NCBI GenBank assembly: GCA_040387495.1
Contig: JAZKDQ010000015.1
Location: 1,238 to 65,237, forward strand
DNA from: Pseudomonadota bacterium
GTDB lineage: Bacteria > Pseudomonadota > Alphaproteobacteria > Paracaedibacterales > CAIOTO01
Direction of reading: 5' to 3'
Length of the DNA: 64,000 nucleotides
The position numbers and the translations under genes are program-made. The notes beneath the pieces are model-generated. The model made no database searches, was not told where the DNA came from, and saw nothing but the letters and a program-made list of their open reading frames with translations. Below, piece by piece: positions 49,790 to 61,991 of the stretch. Within the stretch, counting starts at the first letter, position 1, and every line of letters begins with the position of its first letter.

Positions 49790-52075
49790 ATGACTTTCAA
49801 TGTTTACACTGAATCACTCGCATATCATCGTCGCAAACCGTATGGAAAAATAGCTGTTGTTCCAACAAAGCCTGTTGATGATCGTGAAGACTTAGCGCTT
49901 GCTTATTCACCAGGCGTCGCTGAGCCTTGCATGGAAATTTATAGAGATCCAAGTCAAGCTGCCGAGCTTACAGCGCGTGCTAATTTAGTAGCCGTAATAT
50001 CTAATGGTACCGCTGTATTAGGATTGGGTAATATTGGTGCATTAGCATCGAAACCAGTTATGGAAGGAAAAGCAGTTCTTTTTAAGAAATTTGCGAATAT
50101 TGACGTATTTGACATTGAAATTGATGAAACAGATACAGATAAATTAGTCGAAATTATTGCCTCGTTAGAACCAACGTTTGGTGGCATTAATCTTGAAGAC
50201 ATTAAAGCACCTGAATGTTTTGAAATTGAACGACGTCTAAAAGAGCGTATGAAAATCCCCGTATTTCATGACGATCAACATGGCACAGCTGTAATTGTTG
50301 GCGCAGCAATTTTAAATGCTTTAGAACTTGTTGAAAAAAATATTGCTAATGTGCGTGTGGTTACTGCGGGTGCCGGAGCAAGTGCAATTTCTTGTCTTGA
50401 TTTGCTCGTTGAACTTGGCGTTAAACGCGAAAATATTACTGTATGCGATAGCAAAGGGGTTGTTTATAAAGGGCGTGCTGATCTTAAGGATGCAAGTAAA
50501 TTAGGATACGCGGTTGAAACATCACATCGCACGCTTAAAGATGCGGTTGCCGGTGCGGATATTTTTCTAGGGCTTTCGTCGGTGCCTAATATTATGAACG
50601 AAGAAATGATTGCTTCATTAGCGCCACGACCACTCATTATGGCACTCTCTAATCCAGAACCAGAAGTGCATCCTGAAACTGTTTTAAAAGTACGCAAAGA
50701 CGCAATTATGGCGACGGGTCGTTCTGATTATCCAAACCAAGTTAATAATGCTCTATGTTTCCCTTATATCTTCCGAGGCGCGCTTGACGTTGGTGCAAGT
50801 ACAATTAATCAGGCGATGAAAATTGCTTGTGTTAATGCTATTGCTAAGCTCGCCAAGGCAGAAAGTTCTGACATTGTTTCAAATGCATACGGTGGGGAAG
50901 TGCATCGTTTTGGTCATGACTACATTATCCCAAAACCGTTTGATAGCCGTTTGTATGTAGAAATATCATTTGCTGTTGCAAAGGCAGCGATGGAAACAGG
51001 TGTTGCTACACGTCCAATTGCAGACATGAATGCTTATCAGCACGAATTAGAAAGTTTTGTATACAAATCAAGCTCTGTCATGCGGCCTATTTTTAATGCA
51101 GCATCACGACCGACAGAACGCCCTGTACGTCTTGCTTTTGCTGAAGGAGAAGACAATCGTGTACTTCAAGCTGTTCAATCACTTGTGGATCGCGGTATTG
51201 GTCGTTGTATTTTAATTGGTAGACCAGATGTCATTAAATGGCGTATTGAAAACTTGGGGCTTCGTATACAAAGTGGTGTAAACTTTGATGTTGTTGATCC
51301 AAATAATGATGAGCGTTATTCAGATTATTGGCAAACGTATCATTCCTTAATGGAAAGAAAAGGAATTACACCTGATATCGCAAAAATCCGTGTACGTACA
51401 AATAACACAATTATTGCGAGTTTAATGGTGCGACGTGGAGATGCTGATGCAATAATGTGTGGTGTGATTGGCCGCTACGTAGAGCATTTCAAAGATACTC
51501 GTCAAATTATGGGAATGAGCACAGACGCTAGTTTGTGTGCTGCGATGACAACGTTGATTTTAGAAGATGGCCCTTTATTTTGTTGCGATCCTTATCTGAA
51601 TGAAGATCCAACCGCTGAAATGATAGTTGAAATGACTCGCCTTGCTGTTCAGCAAGTTAGTAGATTCGGGCTAAAGCCAAAAGTTGCATTATTGTCACAT
51701 TCTAATTTTGGTTCATCAGGATTAGATTCTGCTGTAAAAATGCGTTCTGTTTTCGAGCAGGTACAAAAAATATACCCAGAGCTTGAGATCGAAGGTGAAA
51801 TGCATTCTGATGCAGCGCTCGATGAAGTTATCCGTATGCGTCTATTTCCAAATTCAAAACTTAAAGACTCAGCTAATTTGTTGATTTTTCCAAATATAGA
51901 ATCAGCTAATATTTCTTATAACATGGTGAAATCAATAACAGGTTGTTCTACGATAGGACCTATTTTGATGGGGCTTTCTGGGGTAGCTCATATATTAACG
52001 CCATCTTGTTCGGTGAGATCTATTGTTAATATGGCAGCTTTATCTGTGGCAGAAGCGAGCGAACGGCTGAGATAA
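49790..52075 (+). CDS. maeB: NADP-dependent malic enzyme with C-terminal phosphotransacetylase-like domain
   Basis: 761 aa. [32 protein letters not shown] and the PTA-like C-terminal half. Confidence 0.93.
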   Translation: MTFNVYTESLAYHRRKPYGKIAVVPTKPVDDREDLALAYSPGVAEPCMEIYRDPSQAAELTARANLVAVISNGTAVLGLGNIGALASKPVMEGKAVLFKKFANIDVFDIEIDETDTDKLVEIIASLEPTFGGINLEDIKAPECFEIERRLKERMKIPVFHDDQHGTAVIVGAAILNALELVEKNIANVRVVTAGAGASAISCLDLLVELGVKRENITVCDSKGVVYKGRADLKDASKLGYAVETSHRTLKDAVAGADIFLGLSSVPNIMNEEMIASLAPRPLIMALSNPEPEVHPETVLKVRKDAIMATGRSDYPNQVNNALCFPYIFRGALDVGASTINQAMKIACVNAIAKLAKAESSDIVSNAYGGEVHRFGHDYIIPKPFDSRLYVEISFAVAKAAMETGVATRPIADMNAYQHELESFVYKSSSVMRPIFNAASRPTERPVRLAFAEGEDNRVLQAVQSLVDRGIGRCILIGRPDVIKWRIENLGLRIQSGVNFDVVDPNNDERYSDYWQTYHSLMERKGITPDIAKIRVRTNNTIIASLMVRRGDADAIMCGVIGRYVEHFKDTRQIMGMSTDASLCAAMTTLILEDGPLFCCDPYLNEDPTAEMIVEMTRLAVQQVSRFGLKPKVALLSHSNFGSSGLDSAVKMRSVFEQVQKIYPELEIEGEMHSDAALDEVIRMRLFPNSKLKDSANLLIFPNIESANISYNMVKSITGCSTIGPILMGLSGVAHILTPSCSVRSIVNMAALSVAEASERLR

Positions 52076-52156
52076 TCATTCGCGAATTGTCATATGCTTG
52101 TATCCAAATTTAAATTGTATATAATTATAAGAAACAAAAAAGGATAATTTTAAACA

Positions 52157-52969
52157 ATGCGCTGTGCTTCCTATTGCAATGCTGAACGTTATGACATAGA
52201 TGAGTTAGCAATATTTTTGCGAAAACAAGGCTTGGACCCTAAATTTTATGATAATGTTATTCATATTCATAAAAGACGTGAATCCAATGAAGATGCAACA
52301 TTTGATGCTGAAATTTTTATTTTTCCGTATGGTTGCATCAGCATTTGGGGGTTGACAGAAGAAGAAGAGGGGGCTTTTATCAATGATATAAATGCCTTTG
52401 AAGTTACTCCCCTTTCAATACCAACAATGGATACATCTGTTTATGAGTATGGTGAGACTACTCTCATCAATGAAGAAGAAGATGAAATGATATTAGAATC
52501 TACAGATGATCTAATTAAATTATCTTTATCACATGGATTAACTCAATCTGTAAAATTAGAAGCGTTTGAACAAAGCATCGTTAAAACAATTCAAAAAACA
52601 CGTCATTTACCAGATGAACTTGCGCAAACTGGTAAGATATCAATGTCACGTAAAAAGTTGTCACAAAAGATTGGCGCCTTGTTTGCTGAGCGAAATTCAA
52701 TAAACCTACACTGCGACGTATTAGATACCCCAGAATTCTTTTGGCGTCGTCCTCGCTACGAAACATATTATCATTTAGCATCCGAATATATGGATATTAA
52801 GCAGCGTCTTGATATTCTTAATAAGCGTCTTGATGTTATTCATGAATTATATGACATTTTGTCAAACGAGTTAAAGCATGCGCACTCTTCACGACTCGAA
52901 TGGATCATTATTCTTTTGATTGTCATGGAAGTTGTTATGATGCTAGCAAAAGACGTATTTAAAATCTAA
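52157..52969 (+). CDS. RMD1/DUF155 (YagE-like) family protein
   Basis: 270 aa. The F.YG..V.WG block is present (IFIFPYGCISIWGL), with a C-terminal coiled region and a terminal TM helix, as in DUF155 proteins. Confidence 0.7.
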   Translation: MRCASYCNAERYDIDELAIFLRKQGLDPKFYDNVIHIHKRRESNEDATFDAEIFIFPYGCISIWGLTEEEEGAFINDINAFEVTPLSIPTMDTSVYEYGETTLINEEEDEMILESTDDLIKLSLSHGLTQSVKLEAFEQSIVKTIQKTRHLPDELAQTGKISMSRKKLSQKIGALFAERNSINLHCDVLDTPEFFWRRPRYETYYHLASEYMDIKQRLDILNKRLDVIHELYDILSNELKHAHSSRLEWIIILLIVMEVVMMLAKDVFKI

Positions 52970-53193
52970 TACATGCTTAATTTAATAGTTGGTCATAGCC
53001 GCAATCGCTAGCCTTGAGATTATTACCCTAGCCTCAGGCTTCCCTGTTGTATTTAGGTGCAGCGTTAATTATGCACATTATAACTTTTGCTGCATCAATT
53101 TAGAATTACATACGGTAGCTTATAAAGGTACTCATTTTATGAGATGTATCTATTCTTTTGGGTATGATGAGGTATCATAAATAGGAAGCCTCA

Positions 53194-55413
53194 CTAATCA
53201 AATTTATTCGTTCGTGGAAAACCAATCGGTGCCAACCTACCTGCTGCAGCACGCTTACCAATCCACAAACGCAAATCCTTTTGGTGATATTCTTTTTCAG
53301 CACGCTTCCAACGAAGGCCGCCTTCTAACATAATTGTTTTAATATCTGAAATTCCGCCATCTTTATATTTTTGGAATGTAACACCTTTTCCACGTGTCAT
53401 TTCAGGCAAATCAGCTATTGGGAAGAATAGCAACTTGCGATTTTCACCAATGATGGCTACATGATCACCAGTAACAGGTATGCATGCAAATGGTTTCTCT
53501 TTATCTTCTAGCGTTAATACCTGCTTTCCACTCTTTGTTTGTGCAAGGATATCATCTGCTTTGACAATGAATCCACGCGCACTGCTTGATGCAAGTATGA
53601 ACTTTTGTTCTTGTCCTGGAGTTATTATGAAAGCATTCACCACATCATCTGTATTTTCAAGTTCAATTGTCATACGAATTGGGTCACCATGCCCACGTGT
53701 GCGTGTGATCTTATCAATACCAATTGTGAAAAAGCGACCATTCGTAGCTAAAAGAAGTAGTTTATCTGTAGTTGAAGCATTAATGACATAACGCTCTTCG
53801 TCGCCGTCTTTATATTTCAAATCAGTTGCATTATGCCCTTTGATTGTGCGAATCCAATTTTTAGCAGATAAGACAACAGTTACGTCTTCTTTTTCAATGG
53901 CGTCTTCAAAGGGAATAATTACGACATCAGGTGCTTTTGATAAATCAGTACGACGTTTGCCAATGATTGTATCTTTACCAAATTTCTTCTTTATTTCCTT
54001 CATGTCTTTGACAATTATATTTCGCTTTTTCTTTGGATCAGCAAGCAGAGCTTCTAATTGACCTTGCTCTGTTGTTAGATCTTCAAACTCTTTTCGAATT
54101 TCAATTTCTTGGATTTTACGAAGCGCACGCAAACGCATATTTAAAATAGCTTCTGCTTGCGTTTCATTAAGCTCAAAACGAGCCATCATAACTGCTTTAG
54201 GTTCATCTTCTTCACGAATGATTTGAATAATTTCATCTAAATTTAAATATACAATTAAAAGGCCTTTTAAAATTTCAAGCCGATTTAATATTTGAAGCAA
54301 ACGGTATTGTGTACGTCTTTCTAAAACAACGAGACGATGATCAAGAAATGCTTCCAAAACTTCTTTGATATTCATAACGCGTGGCACAGTGTTTGCATCT
54401 AAAACGTTAAGATTAAGAGGTATACGCACTTCAAGATCTGTGCTCCGGAATAGAGATTCCATTAAAACAATAGCTTCTACATTACGGTTCTTTGGGATAA
54501 GAGCAATACGCACTTCATCCGTTGATTCGTCTTGAATATCATCAAGTAACGGTAATTTTTTATCTGTAAGTAATGTTGCAATACGTTCAATAAGCTTTGA
54601 TTTTTCAACCATGTACGGGATTTCAGTAATGATTATCCTATATTGCCCACCTTTTAAATCTTCAGTTTCAAAGCGGGCACGTAAGCGAAAGCTACCACGG
54701 CCGGTTTCATATGCTTTTAAGATTGTCGCTGGATCTTCAATTAAAATACCGCCTGTTGGAAAATCAGGACCCGGAATCAAACTTATTAATTCCTCAATGG
54801 TTGCTGAAGGGTTAGCGAGCAGTAGTAGCAAGCCATCACACAATTCATCTAGATTATGTGGAGGTATTGATGTTGCCATGCCCACAGCAATACCTGTTGA
54901 ACCATTTGCAAGCAAGTTTGGGAATGTTGCCGGAAATACTAAAGGTTCTTCTTGCTCGCCATCATACGTTGATCTAAAATCAACGGCATTCTCGTCAAGA
55001 CCATCCATAAGCTCCATAGCAAGGGCCGTAAGTCTGGCCTCTGTATAACGCATTGCTGCAGCTGAGTCTCCGTCAATGTTTCCAAAATTCCCCTGGCCAT
55101 CAATTAATGGGTAACGTACAGAAAAATCTTGCGCCAAACGTACGAGTGCACCATAAATTGCAGAGTCACCATGTGGGTGAAATTTACCCATTACGTCACC
55201 AACAACACGTGCACACTTTTTAAATCCAGATTGAGGATTCAAACGAAGCTGCTGCATAGCAAATATCAAACGGCGATGAACAGGTTTAAGGCCATCACGT
55301 ACATCTGGCAGAGAGCGTGACATTATCGTCGATAAAGCATACGCCAAATAACGTTCGCTGAGTGCTTTTTCAAAATCAATATTAACGACATTATCAACTT
55401 TAACAGATGCCAT
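53194..55413 (-). CDS. parC: DNA topoisomerase IV subunit A
   Basis: 739 aa, which is ParC-sized and has no GyrA box. [60 protein letters not shown] and MRYTEARL. Confidence 0.92.
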   Translation of the reverse strand: MASVKVDNVVNIDFEKALSERYLAYALSTIMSRSLPDVRDGLKPVHRRLIFAMQQLRLNPQSGFKKCARVVGDVMGKFHPHGDSAIYGALVRLAQDFSVRYPLIDGQGNFGNIDGDSAAAMRYTEARLTALAMELMDGLDENAVDFRSTYDGEQEEPLVFPATFPNLLANGSTGIAVGMATSIPPHNLDELCDGLLLLLANPSATIEELISLIPGPDFPTGGILIEDPATILKAYETGRGSFRLRARFETEDLKGGQYRIIITEIPYMVEKSKLIERIATLLTDKKLPLLDDIQDESTDEVRIALIPKNRNVEAIVLMESLFRSTDLEVRIPLNLNVLDANTVPRVMNIKEVLEAFLDHRLVVLERRTQYRLLQILNRLEILKGLLIVYLNLDEIIQIIREEDEPKAVMMARFELNETQAEAILNMRLRALRKIQEIEIRKEFEDLTTEQGQLEALLADPKKKRNIIVKDMKEIKKKFGKDTIIGKRRTDLSKAPDVVIIPFEDAIEKEDVTVVLSAKNWIRTIKGHNATDLKYKDGDEERYVINASTTDKLLLLATNGRFFTIGIDKITRTRGHGDPIRMTIELENTDDVVNAFIITPGQEQKFILASSSARGFIVKADDILAQTKSGKQVLTLEDKEKPFACIPVTGDHVAIIGENRKLLFFPIADLPEMTRGKGVTFQKYKDGGISDIKTIMLEGGLRWKRAEKEYHQKDLRLWIGKRAAAGRLAPIGFPRTNKFD

Positions 55414-55649
55414 GGGGAACTCTCCTTCATTTCACTTAGAATCTAGCATAAAAAAGAGCAAGAATCAGGTTTTTTTACACGTAAAAAGAAAAACAGAAAA
55501 TTTAATAACTGATGTTTAATTACATTTATTACTTTGAACTCAATAAAACATCAATGCACATAGATTATTTAAATATATTTTTACTATATTAATTAAATAT
55601 TAATTCTATGATGCTATATTAATTACATAAAACAAAATAAAGTTATTTT

Positions 55650-56525
55650 ATGGAATTCTTAAATTCACTAACATATCAATCTGAGCTGAATTTCATCCGT
55701 AATACAATGAAATTACCGCTACTTGATCGTGAAGAAGAGTATTCCCTAACATGTGCGTGGTACTATGAAAAAGACGATAAAGCGCTGACTAAGTTAATTT
55801 CATCTTATGGAAAATTGGTCGTGGGGACAGCTACACGGTTCCGTCATTATGGTCTATCTCTTAGTGATCTTATACAAGAAGGAAACCTTGGTTTGCTTCA
55901 CGCTGCCCAACGTTTTGATCCAGAGCGAGACGTGAGATTTTCAACGTACTCAAAGTGGTGGATACGTGCTTTTATTCAAGACTATGTTTTGCGTAACTGG
56001 TCTATTGTCCGTACGGGATCAACAACATCACAAAAAATGTTGTTTTTTAATTTAAAGCGTTTAAAAAACCAGTTAGAGCATTTGTCTGCAGACCTTATGT
56101 CGTATGAACAACATAAAGAAATTGCAACTATATTGCATGTGTCACTTAACGATGTTGTCGAGATGGAACAACGCTTATTGCATCATGATTTCTCACTTAG
56201 TGTGACCGCATTAAATTCAGATGAAGAATGGATTAGTTTGCTGCAAGATGAACGTATGAATCCAGAAGAAGAAAACAGCCAAAACCAGGATCAAGAAGTG
56301 CGCCATAAATGGATTGATCAAGCAATGGAGGTGTTAAACCCTCGCGAAGTTTATATTATTTTAAAACGACGATTGCAAGATCCGCAGGAAACACTTGAAA
56401 CAATTGGTAAAACACTTGGTATAACAAAGGAGCGTGTTCGTCAGTTAGAAGTCCGTGCGTTACGAAAAATGAAACATTATTTTTTAAGTCACGCAAATGA
56501 AGCAAAACAATCTATTTGTTTTTAA
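55650..56525 (+). CDS. rpoH: RNA polymerase sigma-32 (heat-shock sigma factor)
   Basis: 291 aa. Region 2 is DLIQEGNLGL..A..RFDP......FSTY..WWIR. An RpoH-box-like segment QKMLFFNLKRLK is present. Region 4 is LGITKERVRQLE..AL.K. Confidence 0.9.
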   Translation: MEFLNSLTYQSELNFIRNTMKLPLLDREEEYSLTCAWYYEKDDKALTKLISSYGKLVVGTATRFRHYGLSLSDLIQEGNLGLLHAAQRFDPERDVRFSTYSKWWIRAFIQDYVLRNWSIVRTGSTTSQKMLFFNLKRLKNQLEHLSADLMSYEQHKEIATILHVSLNDVVEMEQRLLHHDFSLSVTALNSDEEWISLLQDERMNPEEENSQNQDQEVRHKWIDQAMEVLNPREVYIILKRRLQDPQETLETIGKTLGITKERVRQLEVRALRKMKHYFLSHANEAKQSICF

Positions 56526-56801
56526 TAATGATTCTGCACTGACAAAATCAGACACATAGATCATTTTTGTAAAAAAGAATAGTATTTTGTTGAAAAATAA
56601 TGTATAAGTAAATTTCAAAATAGAACAATCTGTGAACAACGAGACTAAATATTTATTATTTCTTTGAAAATAATAGTACATCTCAGTTTTGAATATTATC
56701 TTAGTATTTTAAAAAGAAAGCCCTTGTTATTTAGAGGAGTCTTTTTATGTTCGCAGTCGTGCTAAACATTATGACATCAAACATTTTATACTGGAATAAT
56801 T

Positions 56802-58145
56802 ATGATAAACTTTACATCACTTTCTTTGATTGAACCTCTTGTGCGCGCTCTTGAATCCGAGGGCTATACAAATCCAACTCCTATTCAGCAACAAGCTATA
56901 CCTCATCTTTTGCAAGGACGAGATTTACTTGGTATTGCACAAACAGGTACAGGCAAAACAGCAGCATTTTCCTTGCCCATTCTGCAGCATATGGTAACGC
57001 TTCCAAAAAAACGGAAGCCAAACGAGATTCGTGCTCTAATTTTAGCACCAACGCGCGAATTGGCGGCTCAAATTGCGGATAGTTTTAAAAATTATGGCCA
57101 AAATCTACCGTTAACAACACTTGCTATATTTGGTGGTGTTGGCCGTGGGCGTCAGATTGCAGATTTGCAACGTGGCGTAGATATACTCGTGGCGACACCT
57201 GGTCGTTTCTTGGATTTGGCAAGTGAAAAGCATATTATTTTAACTAATTTAGATTTCTTTGTGCTAGATGAGGCTGATCAAATGTTTGATATGGGCTTTA
57301 TTCATGATCTTCGTAAAATTATCAAAATGATACCGACAAAACGGCAAACACTTTTGTTCTCAGCAACAATGCCTACAGATATAGCTAATCTTGCAAATAC
57401 AGTATTATCAAACCCTGTAACCGTAGAAGTGACCCCTGTTGCTAGCACGGCTGATAAAATCGACCAACGTGTGATTTTTGTAGAGCAACCGAATAAGAAT
57501 GCTTTGCTAGGACAAATCATGCAAGATCCAACGATCACTCGGGCACTTGTATTTAGTCGCACTAAACACGGCGCAAATAAAATTACTCAAAAATTAGAGG
57601 CGTTGAACGTTAAGGCGGAAGCCATTCATGGAAATAAATCCCAAAATGCGCGTCAGAAGGCACTTGACGATTTTAAAACAGGGGCAGTGCGCGTATTAGT
57701 TGCTACTGATATAGCTGCTCGTGGCATTGATGTTGATAACGTATCACATGTCATTAATTTTGACTTACCAAATGTGCCAGAAAGCTATATTCACCGTATT
57801 GGGCGTACGGCACGTGCCAATACAACCGGAGTCTCGATTTCTTTTTGCAGTACATCAGAAAAGCCATTTTTGCGTGATATTGAAAAACTTATTCGAAAAT
57901 CATTGCCAACTGAAATAAGCAGTGTTGTCGGTACAGATGCTGATCGCATGGCAGCTATGGAAGATGCAAAAAGAGAAGCTATGCAAAATTCAAAAGGCGG
58001 AAGAAGAGGGGGCTTTAATAACACGAATAGTGGTAAAACCTTCCCAAACTCCAGGCCCGGTAGCCCAACTGGTGGTAAGCCAAATAACCGTGCAAATGCA
58101 CGGCCGACATCATCTGGTTCACGCAACAGAAGTTCTTCTCATTAA
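56802..58145 (+). CDS. rhlE: ATP-dependent DEAD-box RNA helicase (RhlE-like)
   Basis: 447 aa. It has a Q-motif, AQTGTGKTAAF, PTRELA, DEAD (VLDEADQM), SAT and HRIGRTAR, plus a basic Gly/Arg/Asn-rich tail. Confidence 0.9.
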   Translation: MINFTSLSLIEPLVRALESEGYTNPTPIQQQAIPHLLQGRDLLGIAQTGTGKTAAFSLPILQHMVTLPKKRKPNEIRALILAPTRELAAQIADSFKNYGQNLPLTTLAIFGGVGRGRQIADLQRGVDILVATPGRFLDLASEKHIILTNLDFFVLDEADQMFDMGFIHDLRKIIKMIPTKRQTLLFSATMPTDIANLANTVLSNPVTVEVTPVASTADKIDQRVIFVEQPNKNALLGQIMQDPTITRALVFSRTKHGANKITQKLEALNVKAEAIHGNKSQNARQKALDDFKTGAVRVLVATDIAARGIDVDNVSHVINFDLPNVPESYIHRIGRTARANTTGVSISFCSTSEKPFLRDIEKLIRKSLPTEISSVVGTDADRMAAMEDAKREAMQNSKGGRRGGFNNTNSGKTFPNSRPGSPTGGKPNNRANARPTSSGSRNRSSSH

Positions 58146-58179
58146 AAGAGATTACATAGCTTTTAAATTATGGTGTAGC

Positions 58180-58698
58180 CTATGGAGCGGCACCTGCTAC
58201 CGAAGCAGTGCCAGGTAGAGAAGATGGTTTATTAGCAGGCATCGGTGGAATGGCAGGCAGTGGTGGAATGACCGCTGCCGAAGCATGTATATCTGCTGCT
58301 ACAAGTGGAGTTTTTGCACGAGCTGCTGTTGCTTCTGGTAAGGGAGCTACACGTGTAGCAGAAACGGTGACAGTGCTCTTAGGACCAGCTGAATTTTTAG
58401 CAGAATTTGTTTCTGTTGCCTTGCTTTGCTTTCCATCAAGAATACTGAGTAAAGAAGCTGGCAAAACTGAACTTGTTGATTCACGCTCTGCTGGCAAATT
58501 AAGCTTAATTAATTTGCATTGATTATCTGATGTGCAATAATTTAATACATTATTTTTCGGATCAAATACATAAATCGATTTATCTGCTTGTAATGGCAAT
58601 AAAACAAATCGATCTTGATGGCTATTATATGCAATATAACTTGCTAATGAAATTAATGTCGTTAAGCTTAAAATCAGGGTTGCTTTTACACTATGCAT
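58180..58698 (-). CDS. Hypothetical membrane-anchored or exported protein with a Pro/Ala-rich tail
   Basis: 172 aa. It has an N-terminal hydrophobic anchor (ATLILSLTTLISLASYIAY) and a low-complexity C-terminus. I prefer it over the overlapping +-strand ORFs, which lack any protein-like features. Confidence 0.4.
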   Translation of the reverse strand: MHSVKATLILSLTTLISLASYIAYNSHQDRFVLLPLQADKSIYVFDPKNNVLNYCTSDNQCKLIKLNLPAERESTSSVLPASLLSILDGKQSKATETNSAKNSAGPKSTVTVSATRVAPLPEATAARAKTPLVAADIHASAAVIPPLPAIPPMPANKPSSLPGTASVAGAAP

Positions 58699-58767
58699 TG
58701 CGCCATCCTTTAGTTATGAATGATAATTGTGTTGTTCTACGTTCATGATGATTCAATATTATTAATA

Positions 58768-60387
58768 ATGTGTAAACAGAGGTGCTTTGTGATTTTTAAA
58801 AAAATTATTTTTTTAGCTTGGTTGGTGATCTTAACTGCAAACGTGTTTGCAACAGGTCGTTTGCAAGGAATTTTACCTGAATTTGAAAAATATGTTGAAA
58901 AGGTTCAAGCTGAATGGGGCGCTCCTGGTGTAGCTATTGGTATCGTTAAAGATGGCAAGATTGTATACATGAAAGGTTTTGGCGTACGTGAAGTTGGAAC
59001 TGATAAAAAAATAGATGAGCATACCGTTTTTCAGATAGCATCACTTACAAAAAATGTTTTAGTACATTTATTTGCAAAATTAGTGCAAGAAGGTAAAATC
59101 AATTGGGACGATCCTGTCACAAAACACATACCAACATTTTTTATCGGTAATCCGCACGTTACCACTCAGTTCACAATTCGTGATCTTATCTCACACAGAA
59201 GTGGCTTACCCTCTTTTTCGTGTGATTCTTTGTGGTATTTAGATTTTTCAACGGATGAAATAATCCAAAGCCTTGCAAAAATACCTTTAAAGAATCTAGT
59301 TAATTCGAAATATGGTTATCAAAACCAACTCTTTGGTGTGGCGAGTATGATTGCTGAGAAGGTAACAGGAAAAACAATAGAAGTATTGTTCAAAGAATAT
59401 TTTTTTACTCCTTTGCATCTTAATGACTCAAGTGTTGGGCTTAAGGCAATTAATCCTGAAAAATCATTTTTCAATCGTATATTCACTTCAGGTGAAAATC
59501 TTAACGTAGCATACCCCCACGATGATCGTGGTGGTACAGCGCGCAAGATGGAATTATCACCACTAATATATCGTTTTCCTGGAAGTTCGGGTGCGAATAT
59601 GTCAGTAGCAGATCTTTCTCAATGGATGATTTTTATGATCAATAAAGGCGTGCATGATGGAAAGACTCTCATTGACGAAAATCAATACACTCAATTAATA
59701 ACGCCTAATATCGATTGTTCAATGAAATATGATGATTCTCAATTTCCAGGTGATCGCTATAAAAGCGTTGCGTACGGCATGGGGCATTTTATTATGCAAT
59801 ACGGAGAAGGAACAAAATTCCTCAAAACATTCGGTCATATGGGAGGATTCTATGGCACACGTAGCTTAATGGTAGTTGCTCCGGAAGAAAAATTAGGCAT
59901 AGTTGTGCTATCTAATTATGGTTCATTTCGTGTGAGTTTAGTGCCAGAGGCAATCCATAATAAATTTATGGATCTTTATCTAGGTCTTTCAGAAATAGAC
60001 TGGAGCAAGCGCTTGAGAGATGAATTTGTATCAATCAAAAAACAAAATAAAATGTATAAAACCATACAACGTTTACAAAATCCAAAAACGGCACGTGCAT
60101 TAACAGATTATACCGGAACATATAAAAATGATTTATACGGGCAGCTTGAGTTAAAACAAGATAAAAATACTCTCTTTTTAATTTTTCGGAATAAAAAAAT
60201 ACACCTTGAGCATTTTAATGGAAATGAATTCGTATTTCCTGGACATTTATTATCAGAAACTTATTGTGAAAGTGATATTGGATATATAGATTTTGGAGCA
60301 AGAAATGGAAATAAACTAGATGTATGTGCCATTTCTTCGTTGCTCAATGAAGGAAAAGATCACGGTTTGTTTGAGAGGACTCAATAG
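58768..60387 (+). CDS. Serine hydrolase, class C beta-lactamase/PBP4-like (peptidase S12) with an extra C-terminal domain
   Basis: The ORF track starts at 58720. The ATG at 58768 precedes a signal-like segment (KKIIFLAWLVILTANVFA). It has the SxxK motif ASLTK, YxN (YQN) and HMGG-type blocks, plus a C-terminal region of about 120 aa as in DUF3471-containing homologues. Confidence 0.8.
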   Translation: MCKQRCFVIFKKIIFLAWLVILTANVFATGRLQGILPEFEKYVEKVQAEWGAPGVAIGIVKDGKIVYMKGFGVREVGTDKKIDEHTVFQIASLTKNVLVHLFAKLVQEGKINWDDPVTKHIPTFFIGNPHVTTQFTIRDLISHRSGLPSFSCDSLWYLDFSTDEIIQSLAKIPLKNLVNSKYGYQNQLFGVASMIAEKVTGKTIEVLFKEYFFTPLHLNDSSVGLKAINPEKSFFNRIFTSGENLNVAYPHDDRGGTARKMELSPLIYRFPGSSGANMSVADLSQWMIFMINKGVHDGKTLIDENQYTQLITPNIDCSMKYDDSQFPGDRYKSVAYGMGHFIMQYGEGTKFLKTFGHMGGFYGTRSLMVVAPEEKLGIVVLSNYGSFRVSLVPEAIHNKFMDLYLGLSEIDWSKRLRDEFVSIKKQNKMYKTIQRLQNPKTARALTDYTGTYKNDLYGQLELKQDKNTLFLIFRNKKIHLEHFNGNEFVFPGHLLSETYCESDIGYIDFGARNGNKLDVCAISSLLNEGKDHGLFERTQ

Positions 60388-60421
60388 ACAAAAAATAATG
60401 AATTGAATGATAACAATTTGA

Positions 60422-60445
60422 TTAAGCCCCATGAATGGGGCTTAA
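60422..60445. terminator. Bidirectional hairpin between the convergent serine-hydrolase gene and lpdA
   Basis: TTAAGCCCCA-tgaa-TGGGGCTTAA, a perfect 10-bp stem with a 4-nt loop. It lies 35 nt after the + gene stop and 6 nt after the lpdA stop, with A/T-rich flanks on both sides. Confidence 0.6.
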
Positions 60446-60450
60446 CATAT

Positions 60451-61845
60451 TTAATAATGAATTACACGATCCAATGCGTCTAGTGTTGATTCATGCATCA
60501 TTTCCGATAACGTTGGATGAGGGAAGATGGTGTGAATAAGTTCTTCTTCTGTTGCCTCGAGTGTCTTAGCAATCACAAATCCTTGAATCATTTCAGTTAC
60601 TTCAGCGCCAATCATATGTGCACCAAGTAGTTCACCTGTTTTTGCATCAAAGATTGTTTTAACAAGACCTTCTGGTTCACCTAATGCAATTGCTTTTCCA
60701 TTACCACGGAAGGGAAAACGACCTACTTTGATCTCTCGTCCAGCTTCAATTGCTTTAGCTTCAGATAAGCCTACACTCGCTACTTGTGGCATACTGTACG
60801 TGCAACCTGGGATATTTTCACGACTCATTGGATGTGCTTTTAAATTAGCAATTTTTTCAACACAAAGTATCCCTTCGTGTGACGCTTTGTGAGCAAGCCA
60901 TGGTGCACCCGCTACATCACCAATTGCATACACACCTGGCTCCTGAGTCTGACAGTATGCATCAACAAGAATTTGTCCTTTTTCAACTTTTACTTTAGTT
61001 TTTTCAAGGCCAAGATTTTCTGTATTACCAATGATCCCAATGGCAACAATAACAGCATCAACGGTTTTAACTTCTGTTTTTCCGTCAGCCATTTTGATTG
61101 TCACTGAAACAGATTTATCAGTGGCTTTCATAGCAGTTACCGATGCACCTAAAGCAAAAGACATCCCTTGCTTTTCAAAATCTTTTTGAGCGAGAGTAGA
61201 TATTTCGGCATCTTCTTGTGGCAGGATTCGTTCCAATAATTCAACAACTGTAACATTTGCACCAAGCGTTTTATAGAAACTAGCGAACTCAATGCCAATG
61301 GCACCTGATCCAACGATTAATAAGTCTTTCGGCATAAATGTTGGTGTCATCGCTTCTTTTGCAAGCCAAATGCGTGGATGATTTTCTGGAGCAAAGGGGA
61401 GGGTGCGTGCACGCGCGCCAGTTGCAATAATAATGTGAGCTGCAGATAGCTGTTCAATTTTTCCATCATTTAATGTGAGCGTGAGTTTTTTATTACCATC
61501 TAACTTCCCTGAACCTTCAAAAACAGTCACTTTATTCTTTTTTAAAAGCCCACGAATACCAGAAGATAATTGCCCTGCAATTGTACGTGATCTTTTTACA
61601 ATGGCTTCAAGGTCGATTTTAACATCAGAGACTTTTAAGCCAAAAGCGGCTGCATTATCAATCAAGTGCTTCACTTCGGCGCTGCGAAGCAATGCTTTAG
61701 TAGGAATACATCCCCAATTTAAGCATACACCACCAAGGTGCTCACGTTCAATGATAGCAGTTTTCATTCCCAATTGAGCGGCACGAATAGCAGCGACATA
61801 TCCGCCAGGGCCTGCGCCTATGATAATGAGATCAAAGTTTTGCAT
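60451..61845 (-). CDS. lpdA: Dihydrolipoyl dehydrogenase
   Basis: 464 aa. GAGPGGYVAAIRAAQLG, the redox centre GGVCLNWGCIPTKALL, and C-terminal HPTLSE. Confidence 0.95.
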   Translation of the reverse strand: MQNFDLIIIGAGPGGYVAAIRAAQLGMKTAIIEREHLGGVCLNWGCIPTKALLRSAEVKHLIDNAAAFGLKVSDVKIDLEAIVKRSRTIAGQLSSGIRGLLKKNKVTVFEGSGKLDGNKKLTLTLNDGKIEQLSAAHIIIATGARARTLPFAPENHPRIWLAKEAMTPTFMPKDLLIVGSGAIGIEFASFYKTLGANVTVVELLERILPQEDAEISTLAQKDFEKQGMSFALGASVTAMKATDKSVSVTIKMADGKTEVKTVDAVIVAIGIIGNTENLGLEKTKVKVEKGQILVDAYCQTQEPGVYAIGDVAGAPWLAHKASHEGILCVEKIANLKAHPMSRENIPGCTYSMPQVASVGLSEAKAIEAGREIKVGRFPFRGNGKAIALGEPEGLVKTIFDAKTGELLGAHMIGAEVTEMIQGFVIAKTLEATEEELIHTIFPHPTLSEMMHESTLDALDRVIHY

Positions 61846-61991
61846 GTTCTTGATTAATCCTGAGTTTTATTGAGGGGTACAGAATAACGAAAATAAGGAT
61901 AAAACGCAAATGATCATTCTTTAATAATTTTTTAATCAATTGAAACGTATTATGAAATAGAGCTCTAGAAACAAAACCGGATTTTTGCTTT

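Noticed and set aside
52970-53193. Short inverted matches (AGGCTTCC at about 53036 against GGAAGCCT at about 53184) and several 5-bp hairpins lie in the RMD1/parC convergent spacer. This could hint at an sRNA or a two-piece tmRNA.
   Set aside because: The pairings are short and scattered, and I could recognise no tRNA-like or tag-reading-frame features. It can only be settled by an Infernal scan.
55584-55625. The 12-mer CTATATTAATTA is repeated 30 bp apart, and a TTAA-N7-TTAA (CtrA-box-like) match lies at 55589-55603 in the parC/rpoH divergent spacer.
   Set aside because: The spacer is extremely AT-rich, so TTAA-N7-TTAA is expected by chance, and the extended consensus (TTAAC) is not met. 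This is worth only a motif scan and is not a supported site.
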